Below the pieces are notes generated by a model, which saw nothing but the letters and a program-made list of their open reading frames with translations, was not told the DNA's origin and did no database searches. A program made the position numbers and the translations under genes. A stretch of 64,000 bases of DNA from Vicinamibacteria bacterium (GTDB taxonomy: Bacteria; Acidobacteriota; Vicinamibacteria; Marinacidobacterales; Marinacidobacteraceae). Each line of letters starts with the position of its first letter. Position 1 is the first letter of the stretch. Of the stretch, positions 49,358 through 58,788 are shown in pieces. The DNA lies in NCBI GenBank assembly GCA_963422395.1, contig OY729431.1:1-64000 (forward strand), given 5' to 3'.

Positions 49358-50614
49358 ATGACTCGGGACGGGATCGATGTAGTCGTCCTGGGCGGAGGGC
49401 CGGCTGGTTGCACGACGGCGACCCTGATCGCCCGACAGGGATTTCGAGTGGCGCTCCTCGAACGGGAGCCGACGCCCGCTTTCAAGGTGGGCGAATCGCT
49501 CGTCCCCCATACCTATGGAACCTTCGCCCGGCTCGGCTTGCTCGACGAGCTGAAGCGAAGTCACTTCCAGCGCAAGCACAGCGTGCAGTTCGTGAATGCC
49601 GCCGGCCGCGCGTCGGCGCCTTTCTATTTTTCGGAGACCGACCCCCACGAGCGCTCGACGACCTGGCAGGTGCTGCGAAGCGAGTTCGACCAGTTGATGC
49701 TCGACAATGCCGCTAGAAGCGGCGTTCAGCTGCGGCAGGGCGTCCAGGTGCAGGAGATCCTGTTCGAGGGCGAGACCGCCGTTGGCGTCAGAGCACGAGA
49801 GCGCGGCGGCCCGGCTGCCGTGGATATCCCCGCCAGAGTGGTGGTGGATGCCACCGGGCGGAACGCCCTCCTCGCCAGACAGCTGAACCTGCTGGTCAGA
49901 GAACCGAACCTCCGCAAAGTCTCGATCTTCACCCATTTTCGGGGTGCCCGGCGCGGCGCGGGCATCGACGAAGGCGCCACCCTGATCCTGCACACCCGGA
50001 ACCGAAAGTCGTGGTTCTGGTTCATCCCGCTGGCAGGAGATCTGGCGAGCGTCGGCGTGGTCGGTGATCTCGAGGCGCTGCAGAGCCGCGGCGGCGAGAA
50101 CGGAGCCTCAGCGAGGTTCGACGAGGAGGTTCGCAACTGCCCCGCGCTCGAAGCCCGGCTGCGGTCGGCCGATCGCGTGCAGCCCGTCCGGGTGGTGCAA
50201 GACTTTTCCTACTGCTCCGAGCGCATCTCCGGGAACGGTTGGGTCCTCGTCGGCGACGCTTTCGCGTTCCTCGACCCCATCTATTCCACCGGCGTGGTGC
50301 TGGCTCTCCAATCGGGAGAAATGGCCGCCGACACGATCTGTCGTTGCCTCGCCGAAAACGATCTTTCGGGCGAGGCTCTCGGACGGTTCGCCGACCGGTT
50401 TCTCACCGGAATGCGGAGCTTTCGCAAGCTGGTGTACGCCTTCTACGATCCGGATTTCGGATTCTCGGAGTTCCTCCGCGCCCACCCGGAGTGCCGGCGG
50501 GGATTGATCGACATCCTCTCGGGCAATGTCTTCGGCTCGGGCGTCGAGAGCATCTTCGTTCCCATGGAACGGATGTGCGGACTGCCCGGGGATGCGAGCG
50601 TCGGAGCGGTCTGA
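49358..50614 (+). CDS. Flavin-dependent halogenase-like / geranylgeranyl reductase-superfamily oxidoreductase
   Basis: GGGPAG, F.VGES, WFWFIP (WxWxIP) and GDAF.FLDPIYSTGV. Confidence 0.82.
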   Translation: MTRDGIDVVVLGGGPAGCTTATLIARQGFRVALLEREPTPAFKVGESLVPHTYGTFARLGLLDELKRSHFQRKHSVQFVNAAGRASAPFYFSETDPHERSTTWQVLRSEFDQLMLDNAARSGVQLRQGVQVQEILFEGETAVGVRARERGGPAAVDIPARVVVDATGRNALLARQLNLLVREPNLRKVSIFTHFRGARRGAGIDEGATLILHTRNRKSWFWFIPLAGDLASVGVVGDLEALQSRGGENGASARFDEEVRNCPALEARLRSADRVQPVRVVQDFSYCSERISGNGWVLVGDAFAFLDPIYSTGVVLALQSGEMAADTICRCLAENDLSGEALGRFADRFLTGMRSFRKLVYAFYDPDFGFSEFLRAHPECRRGLIDILSGNVFGSGVESIFVPMERMCGLPGDASVGAV

Positions 50615-50637
50615 GACCCTGCGCCGGTGACGGACGG

Positions 50638-52233
50638 TTGCTCTTCGGCGAAATCCTGCGGCGGGCCGCAGCGCGCGCGCCGGAGAAAACGGCGATTCTC
50701 GCCGGCAGTCGGCGACTTTCCTTCGCTGAGTACGACCGCCTCGCCAACCGTTTCGCACACCTGCTGATCGCGGCCGGAATCCGCCCGGGCGACCGAGTCG
50801 CCTGCTCGTTGTGGAACAGCCCGGAATACGGCGTGGTCCATTTCGGGAACGCGCGGGCGGGCAGCATCCTGGTCCATATCCCGCCGCTCTACGCTCCCCG
50901 CGAGATCGCACAGATCGTCTCCCGTACCGAACCGCGCGCCCTGGTGGCGGACGCCGGCGTTTTGGACCGGGTTGCCCCGGAGACTCTTCGCGCGGTCGGG
51001 ACGGTGATCGCCGCCGGCGCTTCCGGCTTTGACGGTGCTCTCGGATTCGACGAAGCGATCGGCGGACAGCCCGAGCACGCTCCGGATCTGGAACTCGACC
51101 CCGGCGCTCCCGCCGCCATGACCTTCACCGGCGGTACCACCGGCGAGCCCAGGGGAGCCGTCGTGAATCACCGGGCGCGTCATGTCTCTGCGGTCACCAC
51201 TGCGCGGGAACACCGGGTGACGGACCAGGACATCGTCGCCGTGATCACCCCGATGTGCCACGCCGTGGGCCTGATGATCTGGCACCAGGCCGCCGTCGTG
51301 GCAGGGGCGGCTTCCGTCGTGTTTCGAAAGTGGGATCCGGAAGAGTTTTTCGCCGAGACCGAACGGCGCCGGATCTCCTCGGCATTTCTGGTGCCGGTCC
51401 AGGTGCGCGACCTGTTGCGGGCGCCCGGCTTCGATCGGGACCGGTTGGCTTCCTTGAAGAACATCGGGGTGGGGGGCGCGCCGACGCCGCCGGGGCTGAT
51501 CGCCGAGTGGCGGGCCGCCCTTCCCTGCTGCGGGTACACCGACCACTACGGTCAATCGGAAACCGGCCCGCTCACCATCCTGAAACCCGAGGAGACGGCG
51601 GCGCACTCCGGAACTGTCGGCCGCGCCGCGGCCGGCGTGGAACTCCGGATCGTGGACCCCGCCGGCGACCCGGTCGAACCGGAGGCCGTGGGCGAACTCA
51701 TCGCGCGCGGGCCTTTCCTGATGGACGGCTACTTCGGGGACGAAGCGGAAACGGCTCGCTATTTCCGGAGCGCCGACGGCTGGGGTTGGACCGGGGACCT
51801 CGCCCGTGCCGACGAGCAGGGCTACCTCCGGCTGGTCGGCAGGACTCGCGACCTCATCATCTCCGGTGGGTGCAACATCTATCCGGGCGAGATCGAAACC
51901 GCGCTGCTGAGCCATCCGGGCGTCGAGGACTGCGCCGTTTTCGGAGCACCGGACGAACGCTGGGGAGAGGCCCCCGTCGCCTGTGTGGTCCGCTCAGCCG
52001 GGGGGCAGGCCGCTGCCGGGGAACTCATCGCTCACTGCACCGATCAGCGGGCGCGCTACAAGCGCCCGCGGGAAATCGTCTTCGTCGAAGCGATCGCGCG
52101 AACCCCGACGGGCAAGGTTCCAAAGCAGCTCCTGCGCAACGCTTACCTGGCCGGCCGGCTCAGCGAAAAGGCACTCCCACCGCCCGAGACAGGAACTCGA
52201 CGAACGGCGAGGCCCGGCGCACCAACTCCGTGA
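50638..52233 (+). CDS. AMP-dependent acyl-CoA synthetase
   Basis: FTGGTTGEP, YGQSE, TGDL, R..IISGG.NIYP.EIE and TPTGK. Confidence 0.88.
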   Translation: MLFGEILRRAAARAPEKTAILAGSRRLSFAEYDRLANRFAHLLIAAGIRPGDRVACSLWNSPEYGVVHFGNARAGSILVHIPPLYAPREIAQIVSRTEPRALVADAGVLDRVAPETLRAVGTVIAAGASGFDGALGFDEAIGGQPEHAPDLELDPGAPAAMTFTGGTTGEPRGAVVNHRARHVSAVTTAREHRVTDQDIVAVITPMCHAVGLMIWHQAAVVAGAASVVFRKWDPEEFFAETERRRISSAFLVPVQVRDLLRAPGFDRDRLASLKNIGVGGAPTPPGLIAEWRAALPCCGYTDHYGQSETGPLTILKPEETAAHSGTVGRAAAGVELRIVDPAGDPVEPEAVGELIARGPFLMDGYFGDEAETARYFRSADGWGWTGDLARADEQGYLRLVGRTRDLIISGGCNIYPGEIETALLSHPGVEDCAVFGAPDERWGEAPVACVVRSAGGQAAAGELIAHCTDQRARYKRPREIVFVEAIARTPTGKVPKQLLRNAYLAGRLSEKALPPPETGTRRTARPGAPTP

Positions 52234-52846
52234 AGCGGTCTGGAAAGCCGGGCCTCACGACCTCGGCTTCCCGAACGCGGGCGACCGCCACGAAGTCCTT
52301 GCGCTTCAGATCCTCGACCAGCGGGTGATCGGGATCGAACCCTCGAGGCGGACGTTTCAGGGAATCGCCTTCGAGTGCGAACGTCTCGTCGAAGGCGGCG
52401 GCCGTGGTGATGCCGGTCCAGGCGTCCGGTCGGTCGACGATTTCCCCTCGAATCTTCGTGAGGGCGGCGCTGTCCGGGCGCCAGATGCCGCAGCCGACGA
52501 AGCAGGTCTCCGGCTCGAGGTGGAGATAGAAGCCGGGTGCGTGCGCGTCCTTCGCCGCCGCATGGCGGAAGTGCGCGCCGATGTTCGTCTTGTAGGGGGT
52601 CTTGTCCGGGGAGAACCGAATGTCGCGGTAGATGCGAAAGAGGGAGCCTCCGTTCGGCCTCGGGTCGGCGACGAAGTGCGGGCTGATCCGGGCGAGAGGC
52701 GCCGCGAACTCGCGGATGAATTCGAGCATGGGATCACGGACCACCGCGCGGTATCGCTCCTTGTTGGCCTCGAACCACGGGCGTTCGTTGTTGTCCTTCA
52801 GCTCACGCAGGAAATCGAATAGCGCCGGGGGAACCTTGGGGATCAC
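52160..52846 (-). CDS. DUF2461 / TIGR02453 family protein
   Basis: FL.EL..NN.R.WF..NK, FRIYRD.RFS.DK.PYKT and LKR.PRGF. GTG start with AAGGAG RBS. Confidence 0.88.
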   Translation of the reverse strand: MIPKVPPALFDFLRELKDNNERPWFEANKERYRAVVRDPMLEFIREFAAPLARISPHFVADPRPNGGSLFRIYRDIRFSPDKTPYKTNIGAHFRHAAAKDAHAPGFYLHLEPETCFVGCGIWRPDSAALTKIRGEIVDRPDAWTGITTAAAFDETFALEGDSLKRPPRGFDPDHPLVEDLKRKDFVAVARVREAEVVRPGFPDRFTELVRRASPFVEFLSRAVGVPFR

Positions 52847-52934
52847 TTCGAGACTCCTTTCCAGAAAAATGGGCGGCGGAAGGCGAAATCCACGATAGCG
52901 TGAACGCTTACCCTCTCCGGCAGGAACGAGCTCG

Positions 52935-54053
52935 ATGCCCGCAGCCGCGAAACCAGGGGCACTCCCCGAGGTCCGCCGGGACTCGATCCGCCGGGCCGAA
53001 GTTCGCGTGCCCACGCCCGACCTCGACGGCGACCTGCGATTCCTGGTGGACACCCTCGGTTTTCGGCTCGAGCGCATCTGGCCCGCCGACGATCCCGCGT
53101 TCTGCTCGCTTACCGGCTACGGGGCGGGAATCCGCTTGGAGCGGAGCACCGGCGCCGCGGCGGCGGAAATCACTCTCCATACCGAGGATCCGGCACGGTT
53201 CGCCGGCGGCGAGCAGATGCTCGTTACCCCCGGCGGTCTCCGGATCACGGTAGCGGCAGCAACCCCGCAGGCCGCTATTCCGGAAACCGTCCACGAACTC
53301 GTGGTCCGTCGGCTGGCCGAACAGGAGTCCTGGGGCGTCGGCCGCGCGGGGATGCGCTACCGGGACCTGATCCCCGGCCGGCTGGGAGGCGCCATCATCG
53401 CTTCGCACATCCGGATCGCTGACGAGGGGCCGGTGGACGACCTGGTCCACTACCACACGGTCGGCTTCCAGCTCATCTTCTGCCACCGCGGCTGGGTTCG
53501 GCTGGTCTACGAGGATCAGGGCCCGCCCTTCGTGCTGGAGGCCGGGGACTGCGTGATCCAGCCCCCGGAGATTCGCCACCGGGTGCTCGCCTCCTCCGCC
53601 GGGATGGAGGTGATCGAAGTCGGCGTTCCCGCCGAGCACCTCACCACGATAGACCACGCCATGGAGTTGCCGACTCCTCATTTCCGCCCCGAGCGCGCGT
53701 TCCAGGGCACCAGGTTCCTGCGGCATCGAGAGCGGGGGGCGCGTTGGGAGCCCTGGCGCATCCCCGGGTTCGAGATGCGCGACACCGGGGTCGCTCGGGC
53801 CACACGGGGGATCGCGGGAGTTCAGGTTGCTCGAAGGGTCCCCGGGCGGGCGGTTCCAGCCAGCAGCCACGATCGGGACATCCTGTTCGGTTTCGTGCGC
53901 AGGGGGACGATGTACTTGGAGGCCGAGGACCACCCCCGGCGGACACTCGCCGCCGGCGACACCTTCGTCCTGCCGCCGCACCTTCCGGTCGCTCTCGGAA
54001 GCCCCTCCGACGACCTCGAGATCCTCGAAGTGACGCTGCCGGCCGGCTGCTAG
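52935..54053 (+). CDS. VOC-like + cupin domain protein
   Basis: LGFRLERIWPADDP, HYH...FQLIFC..GW and GDCVIQPPEIRHRV. Confidence 0.78.
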   Translation: MPAAAKPGALPEVRRDSIRRAEVRVPTPDLDGDLRFLVDTLGFRLERIWPADDPAFCSLTGYGAGIRLERSTGAAAAEITLHTEDPARFAGGEQMLVTPGGLRITVAAATPQAAIPETVHELVVRRLAEQESWGVGRAGMRYRDLIPGRLGGAIIASHIRIADEGPVDDLVHYHTVGFQLIFCHRGWVRLVYEDQGPPFVLEAGDCVIQPPEIRHRVLASSAGMEVIEVGVPAEHLTTIDHAMELPTPHFRPERAFQGTRFLRHRERGARWEPWRIPGFEMRDTGVARATRGIAGVQVARRVPGRAVPASSHDRDILFGFVRRGTMYLEAEDHPRRTLAAGDTFVLPPHLPVALGSPSDDLEILEVTLPAGC

Positions 54054-54085
54054 CTGTGACCTTGCGGTAGGTTGTTCAGGGGGAA

Positions 54086-54145
54086 ATGAACACTACATAT
54101 AGTGGTCGATCGCGTCTGGAATCGTTCTGCAGCGCAGGCTGCTAG
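54086..54145 (+). mobile_element. CTAG-bounded repeat family, copy 1 (one end, with NrdR-box-like palindrome)
   Basis: 56/60 identical to the reverse complement of 55850-55909. It ends in CTAG and contains ACACTACATATAGTGG. Confidence 0.75.
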
Positions 54146-54219
54146 ACCGGACCCGTCTGACTGAAGCGCGCGCCGGGGGCTGCCTCGGCGTTTCTCCGGA
54201 GGGCGCTCGAAGGGGCGGC

Positions 54220-55848
54220 TCACTTCTCCCGGTATCCCGGGCCGCGCAGCACCCGTCCCGGCAGGGCACCCGTCGGTTCCCCGTCGGCGACGACCGCGAT
54301 CCCGTTCACGAAGACCCATTCGATGCCTTCCGGGTAGCGTTCCGGCTCCTCGAAGGTGGCGGCGTCGCGCACCGTAGCCGGATCGAAGAGCACCAGATCG
54401 GCGCGCATTCCGGGGCGGAGGAGGCCGCGGTCGGTGAGACCGAGGCGGTTCGCCGGCGCCGAAGTCATCTTGCGGACCGCTTCTTCGAGGGAAAGAAGCC
54501 CTTCCTCGCGCACATAGCGGGCGAACACTCGCGGATGGGTCCCGAAGGAGCGGGGGTGAGGCTTCCCCATCGGAGTCCGCATCCCCCGAGCGAGGGCGCT
54601 GCCGTCCGAACCGATGTGGGTGAAAGGCAGCGAGAGCGCCTGGCGCAGGTTGGCTTCCGTGTTCCCGAACGAGATCTGGAATCCCTCTCCTTCCTGTTCC
54701 ACGAGCAGGTCGAGGAGCGCCTCCGCCGGCGACAGTCCCCGCGCCTCGCCGAGGTCCAGGATCGAGAGGCCGTCGACCTCTTCGCGGAACGAGCTCACGA
54801 AAGTCCGCTCCCATCGCGGCCGCTCCCTTTCTCCGGCGCGCAGCTCCGAAAGCAGCAGCTGCCGCTCGCCGGGGTCGGTGAGCCGACGCAGCATCCGCCC
54901 AACGCCGCCCTCCTGGGCCCAGCGAGGGAGCAGAGAGCGCAGGTAGGTCCATCCGGCGATGTACGGATAGACATTGCCGGTGACATCCACTCCGGAAGCG
55001 CGGGCTTCGGCGATCACCGCCGCGTACTCCGCGATCCGCTCCCCCGAAGTGGAGTTGAGATGATGGATCTCGAGGGCGATTCCCGCCTCGCGGGCGATGC
55101 GGATTCCTTCGGACAACCCGGCGAGCCCGCCCCGCAGGTGGCTCACATAGAAACCGCCGGAGGACGCCGCGACCCGCGCCAGGCGGATCAGTTCCTCGGT
55201 GCTTGCAAAGGCGTTCGGGATGTACGCCATCCCGCTCGAAAGCGCGAACGCCCCCTCTTCCATCGCCTGGGACACGAGCGTCTCCATGGCCTGCAGCTCC
55301 GCTTCCGACGCGGCGCGCTCTTCGTATCCCATCACCGAGGCGCGCACCTGACCGGCGCCCACATAGGAGACGACATTGGGACCGACGCCGGCGAACTCGA
55401 GCCGATCGAGATAGCCGCCGAGCGTCGTCCAGTCGCGTTCGATCGGAGGAGCGACCATCATCGGGTCATCCACCGCAAGACCGAGAACCGGCCCGCCCGA
55501 GAGGTGCTCGCCGAGCACTTCGGTGGTGACCCCCTGCGCAACCTTGCTGAGCGCGCGCGGGTCCACGATGAGCCCGTATTCCGAGTGGGCGTGCATGTCG
55601 AGGAACCCGGGTGCGGCGACCAGCCCTTCGGCTTCGATCACGCGCAGGGCTTCCGGTTCCGCAGAGCCGACCTCGACGATGGTGTCTCCGGCGACGACGA
55701 GGTTCCCGCGGAACCAGGGACCGCCGGAACCGTCCACGACCCGCGCTCCCCGGAGGAGCAGGTCGGCAGTGGGCGAATCGCCCGGTGCCGGGCCGCAACC
55801 CGCAGCGAGTCCAAAGGCCCAAAGGACGAACGGAAGGGGTCGCGCCAC
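54220..55848 (-). CDS. N-acyl-D-amino-acid deacylase family amidohydrolase, lipoprotein
   Basis: APGFLDMHAHS, QGVTT, GSDG, PHPRSFGT and G..ADLVLFDP, plus lipobox AAGC. GTG at 55848 is favoured over 55893, which lies inside the repeat. Confidence 0.87.
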   Translation of the reverse strand: MARPLPFVLWAFGLAAGCGPAPGDSPTADLLLRGARVVDGSGGPWFRGNLVVAGDTIVEVGSAEPEALRVIEAEGLVAAPGFLDMHAHSEYGLIVDPRALSKVAQGVTTEVLGEHLSGGPVLGLAVDDPMMVAPPIERDWTTLGGYLDRLEFAGVGPNVVSYVGAGQVRASVMGYEERAASEAELQAMETLVSQAMEEGAFALSSGMAYIPNAFASTEELIRLARVAASSGGFYVSHLRGGLAGLSEGIRIAREAGIALEIHHLNSTSGERIAEYAAVIAEARASGVDVTGNVYPYIAGWTYLRSLLPRWAQEGGVGRMLRRLTDPGERQLLLSELRAGERERPRWERTFVSSFREEVDGLSILDLGEARGLSPAEALLDLLVEQEGEGFQISFGNTEANLRQALSLPFTHIGSDGSALARGMRTPMGKPHPRSFGTHPRVFARYVREEGLLSLEEAVRKMTSAPANRLGLTDRGLLRPGMRADLVLFDPATVRDAATFEEPERYPEGIEWVFVNGIAVVADGEPTGALPGRVLRGPGYREK

Positions 55849-55849
55849 G

Positions 55850-55966
55850 CTAGCAACCTGCGCCGCAGAACGATTCCAGACGCGATCGACCACTATATGT
55901 GATGTTCATCGACGAATCGATCTACTACATATAGTGGTCATTCTTTTCTGCGGCGCAGACTCCTAG
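55850..55966. mobile_element. CTAG-bounded palindromic MITE-like element, copy 2, with two NrdR-box-like sites
   Basis: CTAG at 55850 and 55963. Ends are caacctgcgccgcagaa and ttctgcggcgcagactc. Boxes lie at 55890-55905 and 55922-55937. Confidence 0.75.
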
Positions 55967-58386
55967 AAGAACCGGAGCGAGTAGCTGATTCGGAACCCCC
56001 GGCCCCGCTGGGGAGCGAGATCCTTGATCAGCGAGGTGTGGTGACGGTAGTCGGTGTCTGTCAGGTTGTACGCCCGGACAGAAATGTTGGAGGTGGTGTG
56101 GTCGCTGAGGAAGACATAGGAAGCGGTGAAGTCGAGGACCGCGTACCCGTCGGTCGCGGTCTCGGTGCGGTACAGCCGATCCATCCGGGCTGCCCACCGC
56201 AGGCTGGGCGTCAGCTGGAGTCTGCCGACGGGGACATCGAGCCGCAGTTGGCCGCCGAGCGGGGGGATGCGCGGCAGGTATTCGTTCGAGGCGGTCAGCT
56301 GCGCATCCACGAAGGAAGCATTCGCCACCAGTTCCGCAGCGCCGATGTCCAGATGCCCTTCCACTTCGAAACCCTGGTACACGGCATCTGCTTGCAAGAA
56401 TTCGAGGATCGGAAGCCCCCCTAGCTCTTCCCCGGCGGCGGCTCCGAAGATGAAATCGCCGATGTCGTAGCGAAACACGCTGAGACTACCGCTCGCATTC
56501 TCCGAGCCCTGCCGGAGGCTCAGATCGAGACCGAACGAGCGTTCCGTGCCGAGGTCGGGATTCCCGATCTCGAAGGCCAGGTTCCCGACATGGGGGCCGA
56601 AGTTGTAGAGCTCTTCCAGCGAAGGAGTGCGGGTCGAGTAGCTGGCTACGGCCACCAGCGCGGACTGGTCGGTGAGAGAGAAACGGGCGCCTCCGCTCAC
56701 CGAGCTCCCGAGAAAGTTCCGGTCTCTCACCGGCGCCGGCTCTTCGTGGTGCTCCTCCTCGTGGGGTTCTCCTTCCTCGTGCCCCTCTTCCTCATGCTCC
56801 TCTTCCTCATGCTCCTCTTCGTGGTGTTCCCCTTCCTCGGCGTCGTACCGGTTTCGCTCGAGCCGGGCTCCCAGCATCCAGCTCAGGCGGTCGCTCATCC
56901 GAATTTCGTTGTAGGCGAACGCTGCCATCGAGTTTTGATGGGTCTGGGGAGCGAGAGCCTCCTCGCCCCTCGATTCGTAATCCCGGAAATGACCCCAGCC
57001 GCCTACTCGGCTCTGGACTCGGCCGGCCGACCGTTTCAGCTCCCCCCGGATCACCAGGGACCGATTGTCGAAGTGCGTCGCGATCTCGTCCGGCCCCCCA
57101 GCTGACAGTGTTTCGATTTCGTCCTGGTCGTAGTCGCTGTAGCGAAGGGTGAATTCGGCCTCCTGGAATACGGAACCCAGCTCCCGGATGCCGAAATCGG
57201 TCCGGACCTGCCGCCGCGCCATGGCGACATCCACCAACAGCTCCTCGTCTTCGTGAGCTTCTTCTTCCTCGTGGCCTTCCTCCTCCTCGTGTCCGTGGGC
57301 TCCGTGAAACTGCCCGGCGAACGGCACTCCGTAGCGCGAATCGTCCAATTTCGCACTCGCGGCGAACCAACCGCGGTCGAAGGAGAGACCGAAGCCGGCT
57401 TCGCCCTGTTCCATCGAAGTCTCCGAGTTCTCCACCACACCGGCCGGGGATTCGTAGTCGCCGGTTCGATTCGCGTTGCCGCCGCCCCAGGCGAACCAGC
57501 CGGCACCGGAAGCCTGGACGCGGGCGCCGCCGCGGAGACCTTCATCGGCGGTCGAATAGTCGAGGTTCGCATGCCCCCGGAATCCGGCGGGAGGTCCATG
57601 GACCAGATGCGAGGCCATCGAGACCACATTCACCGCCCCGCCGATGGCGTTCGCTCCGTAGAGCAGAGTGGCCGGCCCGCGCACCACCTCGACCCGCTCC
57701 GCCTGTAGCGGGTCCAACGGGACGCCGTGGTCCGCAGATTGGCTGCCCAGGTCTCCCGTCCGCACTCCATCCTCCATCACCAGGACGCGGTCCCCATCGA
57801 AACCGCGCACCACCGGGCGGGCCGAACCCGGTCCGAAGCTGCGGACCGCCAAGCCTGGCGCGCCCTCGAGGAGCTCTGCCACCGTGCGCGCGGATTCGTT
57901 CTGCAGATCGAGCCCCTCGAAGGTCTGTACCGAATTGAATGCCTCGATCGCGGTTTCGGGCCTGGCGGACGCCGTGACCGTGATGTGCTCGTGCGCCCGC
58001 GGCCGGAGTTCCAACAGGATCGGTGCGGGCAACTCGAAGGCGACTTCCTCGTCCTCGTCCACGACGACGGTTTCCACCGCGCTCAGGAAGCCCTGATCCA
58101 CATGGAAAGTGAGGGCGCCGCGGTGCTCCACCGCCTCGAAGGAAAACCGTCCGTGCTCGTCGGTGTGGGTTACCCGGTTGGATTCCAGGAGGACGACTTC
58201 GGCGTCATGGGCGGGCTGACCGGTCTCGGCGATGAGCACGGCGCCCGAGACGGTGGGGTGGGCCCAAGCAGCGGGCGCGAGCCCGAGCCCGAGCCCGAAC
58301 GACAAAGCGACCCGGGCCGCTGCCCTCGGAAACACCAGGGTCGGGAAAGAAGAATGGGGAAAACGGAAGGGGAATAGCCGCGGCAT
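55963..58386 (-). CDS. TonB-dependent metal receptor, ZnuD-like, with two His/Glu-rich loops
   Basis: FGPGSARPVVRG, SADH, RGPATLLYG, GPH....FEIGN, HHTS and terminal Phe. His/Glu tracts lie near 56740-56840 and 57240-57310. Confidence 0.88.
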   Translation of the reverse strand: MPRLFPFRFPHSSFPTLVFPRAAARVALSFGLGLGLAPAAWAHPTVSGAVLIAETGQPAHDAEVVLLESNRVTHTDEHGRFSFEAVEHRGALTFHVDQGFLSAVETVVVDEDEEVAFELPAPILLELRPRAHEHITVTASARPETAIEAFNSVQTFEGLDLQNESARTVAELLEGAPGLAVRSFGPGSARPVVRGFDGDRVLVMEDGVRTGDLGSQSADHGVPLDPLQAERVEVVRGPATLLYGANAIGGAVNVVSMASHLVHGPPAGFRGHANLDYSTADEGLRGGARVQASGAGWFAWGGGNANRTGDYESPAGVVENSETSMEQGEAGFGLSFDRGWFAASAKLDDSRYGVPFAGQFHGAHGHEEEEGHEEEEAHEDEELLVDVAMARRQVRTDFGIRELGSVFQEAEFTLRYSDYDQDEIETLSAGGPDEIATHFDNRSLVIRGELKRSAGRVQSRVGGWGHFRDYESRGEEALAPQTHQNSMAAFAYNEIRMSDRLSWMLGARLERNRYDAEEGEHHEEEHEEEEHEEEGHEEGEPHEEEHHEEPAPVRDRNFLGSSVSGGARFSLTDQSALVAVASYSTRTPSLEELYNFGPHVGNLAFEIGNPDLGTERSFGLDLSLRQGSENASGSLSVFRYDIGDFIFGAAAGEELGGLPILEFLQADAVYQGFEVEGHLDIGAAELVANASFVDAQLTASNEYLPRIPPLGGQLRLDVPVGRLQLTPSLRWAARMDRLYRTETATDGYAVLDFTASYVFLSDHTTSNISVRAYNLTDTDYRHHTSLIKDLAPQRGRGFRISYSLRFF

Positions 58387-58494
58387 GGTGGAACCTCCTG
58401 TGCGCTGGGCATGGGAGGAACCGACCGAATAGAAGCCGGCCGACCAGGCCGGAAGGTTCCGAAAAAGGGGTATCCGCAGATACGCGCCGGCCGT

Positions 58495-58761
58495 TCAGGC
58501 CGGGGGTGCGCGGGGGATGCCGCCGGTCAGCTTGGGGGCATCCGCAACGAAAAGTTGCGCTACGGCGCCCTCACCGACCCACTCGGAAGCGAGGGGCAGT
58601 TCCGGCCCGGCCGGCGGAGTAGCAACCCCCGCCCCGGAGCTTTCACAGATCCGGCATTCCGAACCTGGTCGGTCAGGATGCTCATGGGCGAAAGCCCCGA
58701 TCGACGCCGTCAGCAGCAACGCCGCCATCGCGACGGCGACGACGCGGGCGAAATTATTCAC
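58495..58761 (-). CDS. DUF2946/CruR-like leader peptide (signal/TM, HEH, CxxC, C-terminal RAPP)
   Basis: 88 aa: hydrophobic N-terminus, AHEH...ECRIC and ...IPRAPPA*. It sits directly upstream of the TonB receptor. Confidence 0.8.
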   Translation of the reverse strand: MNNFARVVAVAMAALLLTASIGAFAHEHPDRPGSECRICESSGAGVATPPAGPELPLASEWVGEGAVAQLFVADAPKLTGGIPRAPPA

Positions 58762-58788
58762 AGAGACGGACAGACCTTCTCTGTGATT

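Noticed and set aside
54086-55909. Transposon formed by the 60-bp inverted repeats around the deacylase gene
   Set aside because: The CTAG-anchored termini face the gene, so these are inner ends of two separate elements; no matching outer end or shared duplication was found.
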